Shown here piece after piece: positions 21,650 through 33,480 of a stretch of DNA of 64,000 bases. Source of the stretch: Methanothermococcus sp. Ax23 (lineage in GTDB: Archaea; AGJL01; Methanococci; Methanococcales; Methanococcaceae); assembly GCF_049075655.1 (NCBI RefSeq), contig NZ_CP157522.1, forward strand, positions 832,001-896,000, given 5' to 3'. The first letter of the stretch is position 1. Each line of letters opens with the position of its first letter. The notes beneath the pieces were generated by a model, which worked only from the letters and a program-made list of their open reading frames with translations, had not been told where the DNA came from and did no database searches. The position numbers and the translations under genes are program-made.

Positions 21650-23443
21650 TTATTTTCTGCTCAATCTTCTTCTAAGTGCGATATAGAGATTACCTAATAA
21701 AATTAAAGATATTACTCTTATAAGCGGTTCCCAGTTTTTCATAAAGTGCTTATAATTATCAGTTCCTTCTATCATTGCATCATCAATTTTTAATTGAAAA
21801 AATGCTGTAATTGTATCCCTTATCAGCAATGGATATTTGGTATATAAATAATAACCATAATAAATTATCAATGCTGACCAAAATATTACTGGAACATATA
21901 ATAATATAAAGTTTTTAATTTTACTATTCATGTTTAATTTAATTTTTTTATCCTTAACTATTTGATTTATGAGCCAATTTGAAAATAAAATTATGAAAGG
22001 TAGGAAAAACAAAAAACATTCATATTTATGACTAAAATGATAATTGTATGTTAATGCACCTAACGGAAGTAAAACAATGGCTAAACAGATACATAAAACT
22101 GATATTTCCACCGATTCCCCGCAATTTGATACTAAATTATAAAACCATATGGCTAATTTTTCAAAATTGTTTTTTGAATATTTCTTTTTAAACTCCATTT
22201 CCATTTTATAAAGATTTGATGCTTCTTCATAGGTCATGTTGTCTTCAACAGATATTCTTAAATTTCTATATTCTGCAAGGACTGAATTATAATTTATGTC
22301 CTCAATAAGTTCATTGAAATAGAAATAACCCCTATTTTTTAATATGTGATAATATGTTTTATTCTCATTTTCCGTTTTTTCATTATCCTTGCTTTCATCT
22401 GGTTTATTTTTATTATCCCTACTTTCTTTTAGTTTATTTTCAAAAAGCATATGGCTCAATATTTTTTCTTTTTTAATGTCGCATAATAACATTATTTCCC
22501 TAACATCCGTCATTAAAAAGGATGTTTTAGATAATTGAAAATTTTTTATTTTGGAATGTTTGTTTAAAAACTGAGCATTGTTAAATATCGCCAAACTATA
22601 TTCAATTGTATTTGATATTAATTTTGCCCGTAGTTTATCTTGCCTTTTTACATAATATCGATTATTATACCATTCATATTTTTTAAATCTAATCCGTCCT
22701 TTTCTAAACTCTGCCATGCCTTTAAATGTGCAATCTACAAAAGATAATATACCAAAATAAATGTCTCTAAAATATGCAACATCTTCAAAAGTCGATTTAT
22801 CAAATTCTAATTTACCACTTATTGTATTTTTAAAGTCCGCATCTTTTTCAAATATTGCGTGGTTAAACTCAGCATGTTTAAATATCGCACTACTAAAATC
22901 AGCTTTTCCTTTAAATATGGAATTCATAAAGTGAATCCTAAATCCAACCACTGAATTATTAAACTGAGCTTCTCCCTCGAATATTGAATATCTAAATTTG
23001 ACACTACCTTTATCCCCAAATTTAGAAAGCCAAAATACAGCATCTTTTTTAAAAATCGAGTAGTCAAAATTTGCACCCTTTTCAAATGTTGAATTTGTGA
23101 AAAAAGCATTTCCACCAAATATTGTGCGAATATTTGGTTCTTCAAAATTTGTTGAATAACACATTTTAAATTCGCCTTTAAATTTAACTTTAACCATATA
23201 TACATTTATATTAATTTTTATGATTATCTTATAGTCTTTCTTTTCAAGCGTAGCCCCTTTTAATTCTTCATCTTTAATATTTTTAATCCTTTCATAGATT
23301 TCCTTAATATCAATATTCCCCTCAACAACTGCATCATATATTTTAAATTCATCTCCGCTTTTTAAACATTCAATAAATTTTTCATAAAACTCTTCATCTT
23401 CTTCTTTTTTAGGATTATTGTATTTAATTATAGCTTTTCCCAT
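21650..23443 (-). CDS. Pentapeptide-repeat protein with C-terminal membrane domain
   Basis: A(D/N)F..S.F 11-residue periodic repeats, hydrophobic C-terminal segments. Confidence 0.75.
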   Translation of the reverse strand: MGKAIIKYNNPKKEEDEEFYEKFIECLKSGDEFKIYDAVVEGNIDIKEIYERIKNIKDEELKGATLEKKDYKIIIKININVYMVKVKFKGEFKMCYSTNFEEPNIRTIFGGNAFFTNSTFEKGANFDYSIFKKDAVFWLSKFGDKGSVKFRYSIFEGEAQFNNSVVGFRIHFMNSIFKGKADFSSAIFKHAEFNHAIFEKDADFKNTISGKLEFDKSTFEDVAYFRDIYFGILSFVDCTFKGMAEFRKGRIRFKKYEWYNNRYYVKRQDKLRAKLISNTIEYSLAIFNNAQFLNKHSKIKNFQLSKTSFLMTDVREIMLLCDIKKEKILSHMLFENKLKESRDNKNKPDESKDNEKTENENKTYYHILKNRGYFYFNELIEDINYNSVLAEYRNLRISVEDNMTYEEASNLYKMEMEFKKKYSKNNFEKLAIWFYNLVSNCGESVEISVLCICLAIVLLPLGALTYNYHFSHKYECFLFFLPFIILFSNWLINQIVKDKKIKLNMNSKIKNFILLYVPVIFWSALIIYYGYYLYTKYPLLIRDTITAFFQLKIDDAMIEGTDNYKHFMKNWEPLIRVISLILLGNLYIALRRRLSRK

Positions 23444-23474
23444 AATCTCCCCTAAAATTATAAAAAAATAAAAA

Positions 23475-24140
23475 TTATAAATATTTCAAATAATCATTAA
23501 AATATTTCTTTATATAATCCCTATCCCTATCCACATAAATATGCATACTTACCGCATGATGAACATAACCGCCATAATCAACGCCGACTTTTTCCGCTAC
23601 CATTTCCCCCAAAGCTATTAAACCGATGGCATTTGCGTGATAAGCAACCATTAAATCGTTGCTTCTGAATAAAACGGTCTGATACAGTTTATTATCTCTT
23701 ATAAGAAACTGCACAAATTGAAGACATGGAACGCTCCCCCTATCCTTTTTACTCACTTCAATATCTATATTTGGTTGCCATGTGATAGCCACACAACGCC
23801 TTGAATTTCGCTGTTCTTTTAATTTCTCAATAATAAAATCTATCTGGTTTATTTTGTCATCATTTAGGGGATATTCAAATAATCTACCGTGATAATCGTA
23901 GGAAAACACATTTTCAGAGCCATATAGCAAGTTATTAGTATATTGCTCAACTGCCTTTTTTCCAAGGGGATATTTAGGACTTATACTTTTCAATTTTGGA
24001 TTTGTAATTTCTATTACTGTGTCTCGGAGCTCCCTACATTTTTGCCCATCTTCAGTGGTCATGTCTTCTCCGTCTTTTAATATCTTCTCAACTAAATACT
24101 CATAACTCGCCCTTACTGATGGTTTTTTAATACAAAGCAT
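23475..24140 (-). CDS. thyA: Archaeal thymidylate synthase
   Basis: SRRCVAITW, VPCLQ, FRSND, SMHIY. Confidence 0.88.
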   Translation of the reverse strand: MLCIKKPSVRASYEYLVEKILKDGEDMTTEDGQKCRELRDTVIEITNPKLKSISPKYPLGKKAVEQYTNNLLYGSENVFSYDYHGRLFEYPLNDDKINQIDFIIEKLKEQRNSRRCVAITWQPNIDIEVSKKDRGSVPCLQFVQFLIRDNKLYQTVLFRSNDLMVAYHANAIGLIALGEMVAEKVGVDYGGYVHHAVSMHIYVDRDRDYIKKYFNDYLKYL

Positions 24141-24246
24141 TTTATCACTATGGTTATTTTTTATATTTTTAATAACATTGGGTATTAATGTAATATATAG
24201 ATTGTTTTATATAGATTGTTTTTAGTTTAGATTTTCGGGTGAGCTC

Positions 24247-25431
24247 ATGAACACAATATATATAAAATCAAATTTTTTATATGGGAGTGAATTTGAATAT
24301 AAAAAAGGTATTTTAGTAATCGAAGATGGGATAATAAAAGGATTCACAAAGGAAGATGTTAAAAACTATATAAAATACGATGGGATAATAATACCGCCCC
24401 TTATAAATGCTCACACCCATATCGGGGATAATATCATAAAAGACATGGGAATAAACAAAACTCTTGACGAGCTCGTGAAACCACCAAATGGATTGAAACA
24501 TAAATTTTTAAATACCTGTGATGATAAAGATTTAATACATGGGATGTTGGATGGATTGCATGAGCTCCGTAATAATGGAATAAAATATTTCTGTGATTTC
24601 AGGGAAAACGGATTAAGGGGCATAAATCTTTTTAAAGAATCTTATGAATTGTTTAAAAAATCATTTGAACCCAATGAACCTAATAATCTTAACAATGATA
24701 GTATTGACCCAATAAAACCCATAATATTGGGAAGACCCACAAAATCCAACAATGAAGAATTAAAAAAGGAAATAATAAATATTTTAAAAAATTCCGATGG
24801 AATAGGATTGAGCGGATGTAATGAATATACTGACAAGGATTTAAAATTTATTAGAAGTCAGGATTATAAGATTTTTTCAATACATGCAAATGAGCATAAA
24901 GGTTCCGTTGATTACTCAAAGAAAACCTATGGAAAAACCGAAATAGAAAGGATAATTGATTTAAAGCTCAATCCAAACTTTATAATACATGCAACCCATG
25001 CAACATCTCATGAAGCGGAGCTCCTATATGAATACAGCATACCTGTTGTAGTCTGTCCAAGGGCAAACGCATCATTTAATGTGGGATTACCCGATATAAC
25101 TAAACTTTTAAAAAATAATGTGCTTGTTGGGCTTGGAACAGACAATTTCATGGCGAACTCCCCATCTTTGTTTAAGGAAATGGATTTTATCTATAAATTA
25201 TACCACATCGACCCAAAAGAGATATTGAAGTTTGCCACAATAAACAATGGTAAAATTTTGGGGCTCAAAGATGTTGGATTGATTGATGAAGGCTATAAAG
25301 CCACATTTACATTTATTAAAAAATCACCTTCAATAAAATACTCCAAGAATATCGTAGCATCAATTATAACACGATGTGAAAAAGGAGATATTGATACCAA
25401 TTTCAGTGAAAAATTGCTAAAACTCATATAA
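24247..25431 (+). CDS. Amidohydrolase-family protein
   Basis: INAHTHIGD, HANE, IHAT, GLGTDN. Confidence 0.85.
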   Translation: MNTIYIKSNFLYGSEFEYKKGILVIEDGIIKGFTKEDVKNYIKYDGIIIPPLINAHTHIGDNIIKDMGINKTLDELVKPPNGLKHKFLNTCDDKDLIHGMLDGLHELRNNGIKYFCDFRENGLRGINLFKESYELFKKSFEPNEPNNLNNDSIDPIKPIILGRPTKSNNEELKKEIINILKNSDGIGLSGCNEYTDKDLKFIRSQDYKIFSIHANEHKGSVDYSKKTYGKTEIERIIDLKLNPNFIIHATHATSHEAELLYEYSIPVVVCPRANASFNVGLPDITKLLKNNVLVGLGTDNFMANSPSLFKEMDFIYKLYHIDPKEILKFATINNGKILGLKDVGLIDEGYKATFTFIKKSPSIKYSKNIVASIITRCEKGDIDTNFSEKLLKLI

Positions 25432-25516
25432 TATAGGTATTTCGATATTAATGTTCTAAATTAACAGTTTTAATTATATTAAAATATTAAAAAATTAAAA
25501 TATATAAGATGATAAT

Positions 25517-26785
25517 ATGCCAATAATTAGATTTCACGGAGGATGTCATCAAATAGGAATGTCCTGTGTAGAGATAGATACGAAAAAATCAAAAATATTG
25601 CTGGACTGTGGAATGAATCCATCAGATAACAGCCTGCCAAATATAAATCCAACCGATATAGATGCAGTAGTGCTATCACACGCTCATTTGGACCATTGTG
25701 GTGCAGTTCCTTATTTTAATTTTAAAAAGATATACTGCACTGCACCAAGCATCGATTTGATGTATATCATCTGGAAGGATATAGCAAAACTTTCAAAGAC
25801 CTATGGTGAAGAAGATATAAAACGAGCCATGGACGCCATTGAGACATTAAACTACCGAGAGGAGAAAAAAATAACAAGCGATATTTCTATAAAATTGCAT
25901 GATGCTGGGCATATCCTTGGGAGCTCTTCAATATATTTAGATGTAGATGGAAAAAAAGTGTTATATACGGGAGATATTAACGAAATAGAAACTAAAACAC
26001 TGCGTCCTGCGGATACTGATATTGATGAAATAGATACATTAATTATAGAATCAACCTATGGTTCTCCAATGGATGTAAAGCCAGCAAGAAAGGTTTTGGA
26101 AAAACAGCTTGTAGAGGAGATTTCAAAAACTATCGAAAAAGGGGGAAAGGTAATTATCCCCGTGTTTGCAGTGGGAAGAGCTCAGGAGATTATGGCCATA
26201 ATAAGCAATTACATGAGAAGTGGATTATTGGAAACCGTCCCTGTTTATGTGGATGGTTCATTGATTCACGCCACTGGCGTATATTTGAGTTATTCAAAAT
26301 GGTTAAATCCAAAGATAAGAAATGGTCTTGAAAACAGGATAAATCCATTTGGTGATGTGAAGAAAGCAAATAAGCAGGTATTTAATAAAAATGATTCCTG
26401 TATTATAATATCCACATCAGGAATGGTTCAAGGAGGTCCTGTTTTGCAATATTTAAAACTTTTAAAGGACCCAAGGAATAAGATTATATTAACAGGATAT
26501 CAGGCAGAAGGCACATTGGGACGGCAACTTGAAGATGGAGCAAGGGAAATAAGTCCATTTAAAAACAAACTACCTATAAATGGAGAAGTTGTTAAAATAG
26601 AATTTTCCGCCCATGGAGATTATAATTCTTTGATAAGATATTTAAAAAAGATACCAAAACCAAAAAAAGTCTTTGTAATGCATGGAGAGAGGTATCAGGC
26701 ACTATCCCTTGCTATGAATATATGGAAGAATTTCAAAATTCCCGCAATGGCACCAACAGTAGGAAGTGTATTGCCGTTGTTTTAA
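25517..26785 (+). CDS. Metallo-beta-lactamase / beta-CASP ribonuclease (no KH domains)
   Basis: SHAHLDHCG, AGHILGS, YTGD, ESTYG, FSAHGD, HGE. Confidence 0.88.
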   Translation: MPIIRFHGGCHQIGMSCVEIDTKKSKILLDCGMNPSDNSLPNINPTDIDAVVLSHAHLDHCGAVPYFNFKKIYCTAPSIDLMYIIWKDIAKLSKTYGEEDIKRAMDAIETLNYREEKKITSDISIKLHDAGHILGSSSIYLDVDGKKVLYTGDINEIETKTLRPADTDIDEIDTLIIESTYGSPMDVKPARKVLEKQLVEEISKTIEKGGKVIIPVFAVGRAQEIMAIISNYMRSGLLETVPVYVDGSLIHATGVYLSYSKWLNPKIRNGLENRINPFGDVKKANKQVFNKNDSCIIISTSGMVQGGPVLQYLKLLKDPRNKIILTGYQAEGTLGRQLEDGAREISPFKNKLPINGEVVKIEFSAHGDYNSLIRYLKKIPKPKKVFVMHGERYQALSLAMNIWKNFKIPAMAPTVGSVLPLF

Positions 26786-26981
26786 GCATTGCATTATATT
26801 TAATTTTCTTTTTTTTGGTTATCACTATTTTAATTATTTTTATTAATTAAATAATAATTGACTAACTTTTTTTAGGATTTAAAAAACTAAACACCCTTAT
26901 TTGAATATTTAAAAAGATATTCCTTTATATAATGCCACTAAAAAAATATATTATAACTATTCCATTTTGGAGGTGACTCAT

Positions 26982-28211
26982 GTGGCAGAAACAATAAAAA
27001 TTACTCCAACCACAAGGCATGAAGGGCATGCTAAATTGATATTGGAAGTAGATGATGAAGGAATTGTAAGTAAAGCATATTATCCAAATACAACCCCAGT
27101 TAGGGGATTTGAAACAATGTTAAAAGGAAGACCTGCGAGTTTTGCACCTATTGCAGTTATGAGAATTTGCGGTATTTGTCAGGCAACACATGGTATAGCA
27201 TCCTGTGAGGCAATTGAAAATGCAATTGACTGTGAAATACCAAAAGATGGTATGTTATTAAGGGAGCTCGTAGGTTTGGGAAATAGGATGCACTCCCATC
27301 CACTGCACCACCTACTAACTGCTGACGACTTTATAAAGCCTGATGAAACTGATTTAAGAACTGAGGCTATAAAACTCATTCAGAGAATGAGAAAAGTTGG
27401 ACAATTAATAGTAGATGTTGTAGGGGGAGAGGGAATACATCCACCAAACATCGTAATAGGTGGTATGAGAACAAACATCTCTGAAAGGGCGAAATCAAAA
27501 TTATACTATGCATGCAGACAGTATGAAAAAGATGCTCAAACAATGTATGAAATCTACACAGGATTAATCGAAAGATACCTTGAAGAAATAGGAATACCTG
27601 ATTTAGGAGCTCATGAATTCCCATACATAGCATCCCACACAACCTATGGGGATAGGAATGCTATAAACTGGGATGATGTTGCAGAAGTTCCTGCTCAAAG
27701 ATATTATACAAACGCAGAAGTTGCTCAAACCACAACGGTGCAAATACCATTCTATGCAGGAGTTCCAGCAGAGGGGGGACCAAGAGCAAGAATGATTAAG
27801 TTTGGAAATTTCAGAGAAGGCGGAAGTGCCATGGATATAAACATTGCAAGAGCTCAGGAAAACTTAGGGGCAGTTTATAGGGCATTGGATATTCTTGATG
27901 AATTAAATATCAATGGAAAAACAAAGGTAACTCCTGAATACAAAGACGGCTCAGGAATTGGAGTTCATGAAGCACCAAGGGCAATGAACACACATTATGC
28001 AGAAGTCGGAAAAGACGGAAAGATTAAATCTTACAATATCATAGCAGCATCAACATGGAACTTCCCAATAGTTGAAAAGGCAATTGAGAAATACCCACAT
28101 CAATATGCGGAAGTCATAATGCGTGCCTATGATATATGAGCTTCATGTGCAACCCACGTCATCGTAAAAGATGACGAAACAAAAGAAGTAATTGAAGTAA
28201 GAAGAATTTAA
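26982..28211 (+). CDS. fruA: Selenocysteine F420-reducing [NiFeSe] hydrogenase large subunit; TGA 28137-28139 read as Sec
   Basis: RICGIC N-terminal motif; AYDI-TGA-ASCATH completes the UxxC..H motif; frame stays open to TAA 28209-28211; SECIS follows. Confidence 0.93.
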
Positions 28212-28224
28212 ATGGAATAAAGAC

Positions 28225-28255
28225 GCTCAAAGGGAACCCATTGGGACCTGAGAGC
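28225..28255 (+). promoter_or_regulatory. Archaeal SECIS element in fruA 3' UTR
   Basis: GCTC-AAAGG-GAA-CCC-ATT-GGG-A-CC-TGA-GAGC: GAA/A internal loop plus 3 G-C apical pairs, 14 nt after the fruA stop. Confidence 0.88.
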
Positions 28256-28274
28256 AACCACTCATTATGTTAAA

Positions 28275-28874
28275 ATGTTGGAAATTATTTTCAACAGAAA
28301 ATTTGCGGTTGATTATATGGATTTAGAAATTGCCAAAAACATGGAAAATAGTGATGATACAATAGATACAATAGAATGTGATTTAACCTTATCTTACTTT
28401 AAGGAAATAATGGTTTTAGCCTGCGGAAATATTTTATTTGCAGATGATGGATTCAGCGTTCATGTTATTGAGAGGCTTCATGATATATTAACTGAGGAGG
28501 AAAAAGAACGAGTGTCTCTTATAGATGCTGGTGCAGGAGCTCCCCAGCAAGTTCTTTCATTGATGGATGAAACTTCAAAGACTAAAAAAATAATAGTAGT
28601 TGATATAATCGATTATGGTTTGAAGCCAGGGGAAATAAAAATACTTGAAAAGGAATATTTGCCAAATCCTGACCATACTAAATTGGATATTCACGACTGG
28701 CCACTTTCAAGAGCATTGAGGGAAGTGTGTGATAAATTTGATATTGAATTAAAAGTTGTAGGATGTCAGGCAAAATATGTTTCTGAACCTGAAGTGGTGC
28801 TTGAATTAAGCAAGGAAGTTGAGGAAGCAGTGGATAAGGCGGTGGAAATAATATTGAATGAGATAAGAAAGTAG
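28275..28874 (+). CDS. fruD: Hydrogenase maturation endopeptidase (start uncertain)
   Basis: [24 protein letters not shown]. Confidence 0.85.
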   Translation: MLEIIFNRKFAVDYMDLEIAKNMENSDDTIDTIECDLTLSYFKEIMVLACGNILFADDGFSVHVIERLHDILTEEEKERVSLIDAGAGAPQQVLSLMDETSKTKKIIVVDIIDYGLKPGEIKILEKEYLPNPDHTKLDIHDWPLSRALREVCDKFDIELKVVGCQAKYVSEPEVVLELSKEVEEAVDKAVEIILNEIRK

Positions 28875-28916
28875 GTAATATGAATAATTTTTTTAAAAAA
28901 ATAAGGAGGAGAAATC

Positions 28917-29603
28917 ATGGTAACTGTGGCACATGTGCAACTAAGTAGTTGCTGTGGGTGCTTAGTTTCATTGGCAGACACCTACGAAAAGCTTTTAGAT
29001 GTTTTAGGTGCTATTGATTTAGTATATTGTCAGACCTTGGCTGATGCAAGGGAGATTCCTGAGGCAGATATTATTTTATTGGAAGGTTCCGTATGTTTAG
29101 ATGACCATCATGCAATGGAAATAGCTCAGGAAGTTAGACAAAAAGGAAAAATTTTGGTTGCATTGGGAGCATGTGCGGCAACAGGTGGAGTCACAAGGTT
29201 TTGTAGAGGGGGGCAAATGTCAAAACCTGTTCATGGTTCGTTCTCATCACTAACAGAAGTTGTTAAATGTGATTTGGCAATTCCTGGATGCCCACCATCA
29301 CCAGAATTGATAGTTAATGTAATTACAGCAGCATTAAATGGAGATATGGCTTATTTGGAACCATTTGCAGAATTTGCTCAGAACAACAAAGAAGCCTGTG
29401 GATGCGATGTAATTGTAAATGTGGTAAATAAATCCCTTTGCATGGGATGTGGCTCATGTGCTTCTGCATGTCCAACAAGGGCAATTGAGATGGTTGAAGG
29501 AAGACCAAATATATTGAATGAAGTATGTATAAAATGCGGTGCATGTTCATTCCAGTGCCCAAGAATTAGGCTTCCAGAACAGGTTAAGGAGTTAGAGGAA
29601 TAA
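28917..29603 (+). CDS. fruG: F420-reducing hydrogenase gamma (small) subunit
   Basis: [20 protein letters not shown]-terminal ferredoxin. Confidence 0.9.
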   Translation: MVTVAHVQLSSCCGCLVSLADTYEKLLDVLGAIDLVYCQTLADAREIPEADIILLEGSVCLDDHHAMEIAQEVRQKGKILVALGACAATGGVTRFCRGGQMSKPVHGSFSSLTEVVKCDLAIPGCPPSPELIVNVITAALNGDMAYLEPFAEFAQNNKEACGCDVIVNVVNKSLCMGCGSCASACPTRAIEMVEGRPNILNEVCIKCGACSFQCPRIRLPEQVKELEE

Positions 29604-29628
29604 ATAATAAAATCCTAGGGGTGATTAA

Positions 29629-30477
29629 ATGGATGCTTTTGGAAAATATAAAACAGTAATATCTGCAAGAGCAGCAGATAAAAAAATATTGAAAAAATCC
29701 CAAGATGGAGGGATTGTATCTGCTGCATTTATCTATGGATTGGAGAACAACCTTTTAGATGGTGTAATAGTAGCAGATAAAGAAGATGAGTTTAAGGCAG
29801 TTCCTAAGGTTGCCACAACACCAGAAGAGGTTTTAAACGCTGCAGGAACAAAATATACCGTATGTTCAAATCTAAGTGTTTTGAAAAATGCTATCAGAGA
29901 ATACGGCTGTGAAAAACTTGGAGTTGTAGGAACTCCTTGTCAGGTAATAGCTACAAGAAAAGCCATAAAATATCCAGTAGGATTTAGACACATGCCTGAT
30001 AAAATTGCATTGATTGTGGGAATCTTCTGTATGGAAAACTTCCCATACAATGGTATGAAAACCATAGTTGAAGAACACTGCGGTGTGAAAATAGAAGATG
30101 TTGCTAAATTGGACATTGGAAAAGGTAAATTCTGGGTATATACGAAATGGGGAGAAACAAAATCCATCAAGTTAAAAGAAACCCATCCTTATGAACAAAT
30201 AGCATGTCATGTATGCACCGACTATACAGCAGAATTGGCTGATATTTCAACAGGTTCAGTAGGTAGCCCTGATGGTTGGAGCTCTGTATTTGTAAGGACT
30301 GCAAAAGGAGAAGAATTTATTAACAAAATGATTGATGAAGGATATTTAGAAACCAAACCAATAGATGAAGGTAAATTTGGTTTAGGAATACTTGAAAAAC
30401 TTGCATTACTTAAAAAAGATAAAAACGCAAAAGAAATCGAGCATAGGAAGGAAATAGGATTACCTGTTCCTTATTAA
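29629..30477 (+). CDS. fruB: F420-reducing hydrogenase beta subunit
   Basis: [46 protein letters not shown]. Confidence 0.92.
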   Translation: MDAFGKYKTVISARAADKKILKKSQDGGIVSAAFIYGLENNLLDGVIVADKEDEFKAVPKVATTPEEVLNAAGTKYTVCSNLSVLKNAIREYGCEKLGVVGTPCQVIATRKAIKYPVGFRHMPDKIALIVGIFCMENFPYNGMKTIVEEHCGVKIEDVAKLDIGKGKFWVYTKWGETKSIKLKETHPYEQIACHVCTDYTAELADISTGSVGSPDGWSSVFVRTAKGEEFINKMIDEGYLETKPIDEGKFGLGILEKLALLKKDKNAKEIEHRKEIGLPVPY

Positions 30478-30539
30478 TTAATATGTTAGTTTCTATTTTT
30501 TAAAACTGCCCTAAAAAAATAAGAAAATAAGAAATGGTT

Positions 30540-30992
30540 TTATTCTTCTTTTTCTTTTTCCATCATTTTTACAAGGAGCACCGGACAGTGAGCTCCTTTG
30601 CTAACTTTTTCAGCAACACTACCCAATAATAATTTATCAAGACCAGTTTTTCCAGTAGTCCCCATCACTATTAAATCTACCTTTTTTCTTTCGGCATAAT
30701 CTACAATCTCTTTTGCAGGACTGCCTTCAAGAATTTCGGATTTTATATCAACCCCCATTTCTTTTGCTTTATCTTCTATTTTTTTAAGGGCTTCTTTACC
30801 TTCTTCCTCTAAAATCTCCTTCATACTTTCCCATAATCCTTCTGTTGGAAGTCCAATAAATGGAACAATATCCACAACATATACGGCATATACTCTGGAA
30901 TTCATAGCCTTTGCTATTTCAAGAGCATGCTTTGCAGCTTCCATTGATACTTCTGAACTATCCGTTGGTATTAAGATTTTTTTATATATCAT
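30540..30992 (-). CDS. Universal stress protein (UspA family)
   Basis: ILIPTDSS, DLIVMGTTG, LLGSVAEKV. Confidence 0.92.
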   Translation of the reverse strand: MIYKKILIPTDSSEVSMEAAKHALEIAKAMNSRVYAVYVVDIVPFIGLPTEGLWESMKEILEEEGKEALKKIEDKAKEMGVDIKSEILEGSPAKEIVDYAERKKVDLIVMGTTGKTGLDKLLLGSVAEKVSKGAHCPVLLVKMMEKEKEE

Positions 30993-31084
30993 AATCACAC
31001 CCGTTATTTTTGATTAATATAAATATTATTTTGGATAATGAGGTATATATTATTTATTAATTTATTATTTATTAGTCTTTAATT

Positions 31085-32284
31085 CTATTTCATTTTTTTT
31101 CTCTTAATCATTTTGAATTTTTTCCCGCCGCATTCACAGGTTAAATTTTCTATTCTAACGGTTTTACCATCAATTTCATAAGTTTTACCACAATTTAGGC
31201 ATTTATAATACCTAATTGTTGGTTTTACCTCACCAGTGTATAACTTGCCTAAATCGATTTCGCCCTCTTCAAATTTTTTTAAGTTTTTCCCAATCAATCT
31301 GGCCAAAAATGTGGTATTTCCTATTATCTCAGAACCTTCATATGTGTTAAATCCTGGTATGAGCTCATATATAACAAACCCCATGCTGTTGATAATTCTT
31401 TGGAGCTCCAAATATTCATCTATCGGCTTGTGAGAAAATGCGAGGTATAATGCACCCCCTCCACCTTCTCCCAATCCTTCAACACCACGGGATAGGAACA
31501 ATTTTAATCCTTCCAAGGTATATGGAGGGTCTGTAAAAATTGTATCAAATGCTCCCATATATTCGTTTTTTATCGAGTTTCTAAAATCATGTTTAACTGT
31601 TTTGATGTTTAAATCTTCCTTTTCTGAGATTTCATCTATCAAATTTAATAACCTATCGTCTATATCCATAACAACAACTTCATCGCATAAACCACTCATT
31701 GCCGTAGGTATGGATGTTAAGTCGTCATCTCCAACAAACAAAATCTTTTTTCCTTCTAAATCGCCCCTATCTGCCATAAACGCTGCTCGGTATGTGGCAG
31801 TTTCAGGGGTGGCAAAGGACTGGTCTATTGATGTATTTACAGTAGGTCTCATTTTTGCATACTTTTTATGCTTTTTAAGTATGTCTTCAAAGTATTCATT
31901 GAGAATTATGCCTTTCCCATTGCATATGGGGCATTTTAAATCATGATTTAATTTAAGTTTTAAATTTTTTTCAATGAGGTTTAGCCCCTCCTCTGAATAT
32001 AGGGCTCCTCCTTTTTCCCTATATAATATTCTGTTTCTCTCTAAAATTGTCCTTACCTTTGCAATTATTGGCAGGGGCAATTTTGTATATTGGGCTATTT
32101 TTTTTGTTGAAATTGGCTGATTTCTATATATGCACCTTAATATATCTTCAACTGCTTTTTCTCCTTCTGCTATTTTTGCATCTTCCGCTATTTTTATTAA
32201 AAGAGATTTAAAATTAATCTTATCCGATAATTTTGATTCACTTATTTCTTTTGAGCCTTTTCCCATTTTTCCAATTACTTTCAT
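31085..32284 (-). CDS. Branched-chain polyamine synthase (BpsA/DUF43) family
   Basis: GDLEGKKILFVGDDDLTS, DIDDRL, TDPPYT, LFLSRG; Zn-ribbon motifs. Confidence 0.8.
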   Translation of the reverse strand: MKVIGKMGKGSKEISESKLSDKINFKSLLIKIAEDAKIAEGEKAVEDILRCIYRNQPISTKKIAQYTKLPLPIIAKVRTILERNRILYREKGGALYSEEGLNLIEKNLKLKLNHDLKCPICNGKGIILNEYFEDILKKHKKYAKMRPTVNTSIDQSFATPETATYRAAFMADRGDLEGKKILFVGDDDLTSIPTAMSGLCDEVVVMDIDDRLLNLIDEISEKEDLNIKTVKHDFRNSIKNEYMGAFDTIFTDPPYTLEGLKLFLSRGVEGLGEGGGGALYLAFSHKPIDEYLELQRIINSMGFVIYELIPGFNTYEGSEIIGNTTFLARLIGKNLKKFEEGEIDLGKLYTGEVKPTIRYYKCLNCGKTYEIDGKTVRIENLTCECGGKKFKMIKRKKMK

Positions 32285-32490
32285 AATACTACCTAATTAT
32301 TTTATTTTTTATTATTTTTATTGTATATTCATTTTATGTTTTTACTGACTCATATATTATTGTATATTTTTGTTATAATATATATCTACATATACTTATA
32401 TTATATGTTCAAGTATTTTATTTGATTAAATTAATGATTTATTAAATGATTTATTAATGCTGAATTATTACACTGTATTGGTGATATATT

Positions 32491-33438
32491 ATGATATTGG
32501 ATGTAAATATTGTTATGAGCTCAGCTAAAATAGCCTTACTATATACGATGAAAATATCCATTATTGTGTTAATTTCAATGTTTGTAATGAATTATATAAT
32601 AAACACCGGCATAATGAAAAAATTTTCGGAGCTCATGGAACCTATTACAAGACATTTAAATATGAATCCCCTTTCAATATCTTCAATTTTAGTATGTTTT
32701 TTTAGCCCCACAGTTGGATATTCTATATTGGCAGAGGGATTAAAGGATAAAAAATTGAATGAAAGGGAAATAATCGGAACTTCTCTTGCAAATTCATTCC
32801 CATCTGTCCTGTCTCACACAATTACATTTTTTATACCTGTTGTTATTCCAATACTGGGGTTAACTGGATTATTATTTGTTTTAATTAGATTAGGCGTAGC
32901 ATTTGCAAAGAGTATAATTGGGACTATATATTTGAGCATTATTTCAAAAAAAGCAGATTTTGAAGTGCCAGAAATTAATAAAATGGATAAAAAAGAAAAT
33001 TTGGAAAAATCATTAAAAAGCACTTTAAGGTTTTCAAGAAGATTGATTCCAGTTATGCTTATTACTATGTTTTTGGTCATCTATTTGTCTAAAATTGGGG
33101 CTTTTGATTATCTAAATAATTTAGTCAGTCCAATAACAAATATTCTTGGTTTAAATCCAAATGTTGGATTAGTCTCATTAACTGAAATAATGAATGTTCA
33201 GGCAGCTATTGTAATGGCTGGGGGATTTCTAAACGAAAATATTTTAAGTTCAAAGGAGGTTTTGATAGGGCTTATTATTGGAAATGTATTGTCATTTTCA
33301 ACAAGGTATGTTAAGCACTCCTTACCATTACATGTTTCCCTATTTGGAACAAAGCTTGGAACGAAAATTGTAATGATTAATGCTGCAATTACTCTATTAC
33401 TGGATATTATGATAATTGGGGGATTGTTAATACTATAA
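32491..33438 (+). CDS. Nucleoside recognition (Gate) domain membrane protein
   Basis: Multi-TM ORF, FFSPTVG, NSFP motifs. Confidence 0.7.
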   Translation: MILDVNIVMSSAKIALLYTMKISIIVLISMFVMNYIINTGIMKKFSELMEPITRHLNMNPLSISSILVCFFSPTVGYSILAEGLKDKKLNEREIIGTSLANSFPSVLSHTITFFIPVVIPILGLTGLLFVLIRLGVAFAKSIIGTIYLSIISKKADFEVPEINKMDKKENLEKSLKSTLRFSRRLIPVMLITMFLVIYLSKIGAFDYLNNLVSPITNILGLNPNVGLVSLTEIMNVQAAIVMAGGFLNENILSSKEVLIGLIIGNVLSFSTRYVKHSLPLHVSLFGTKLGTKIVMINAAITLLLDIMIIGGLLIL

Positions 33439-33480
33439 TTATGATATAAGTTTATTTTATGGAATATTCTATGTGATAGC

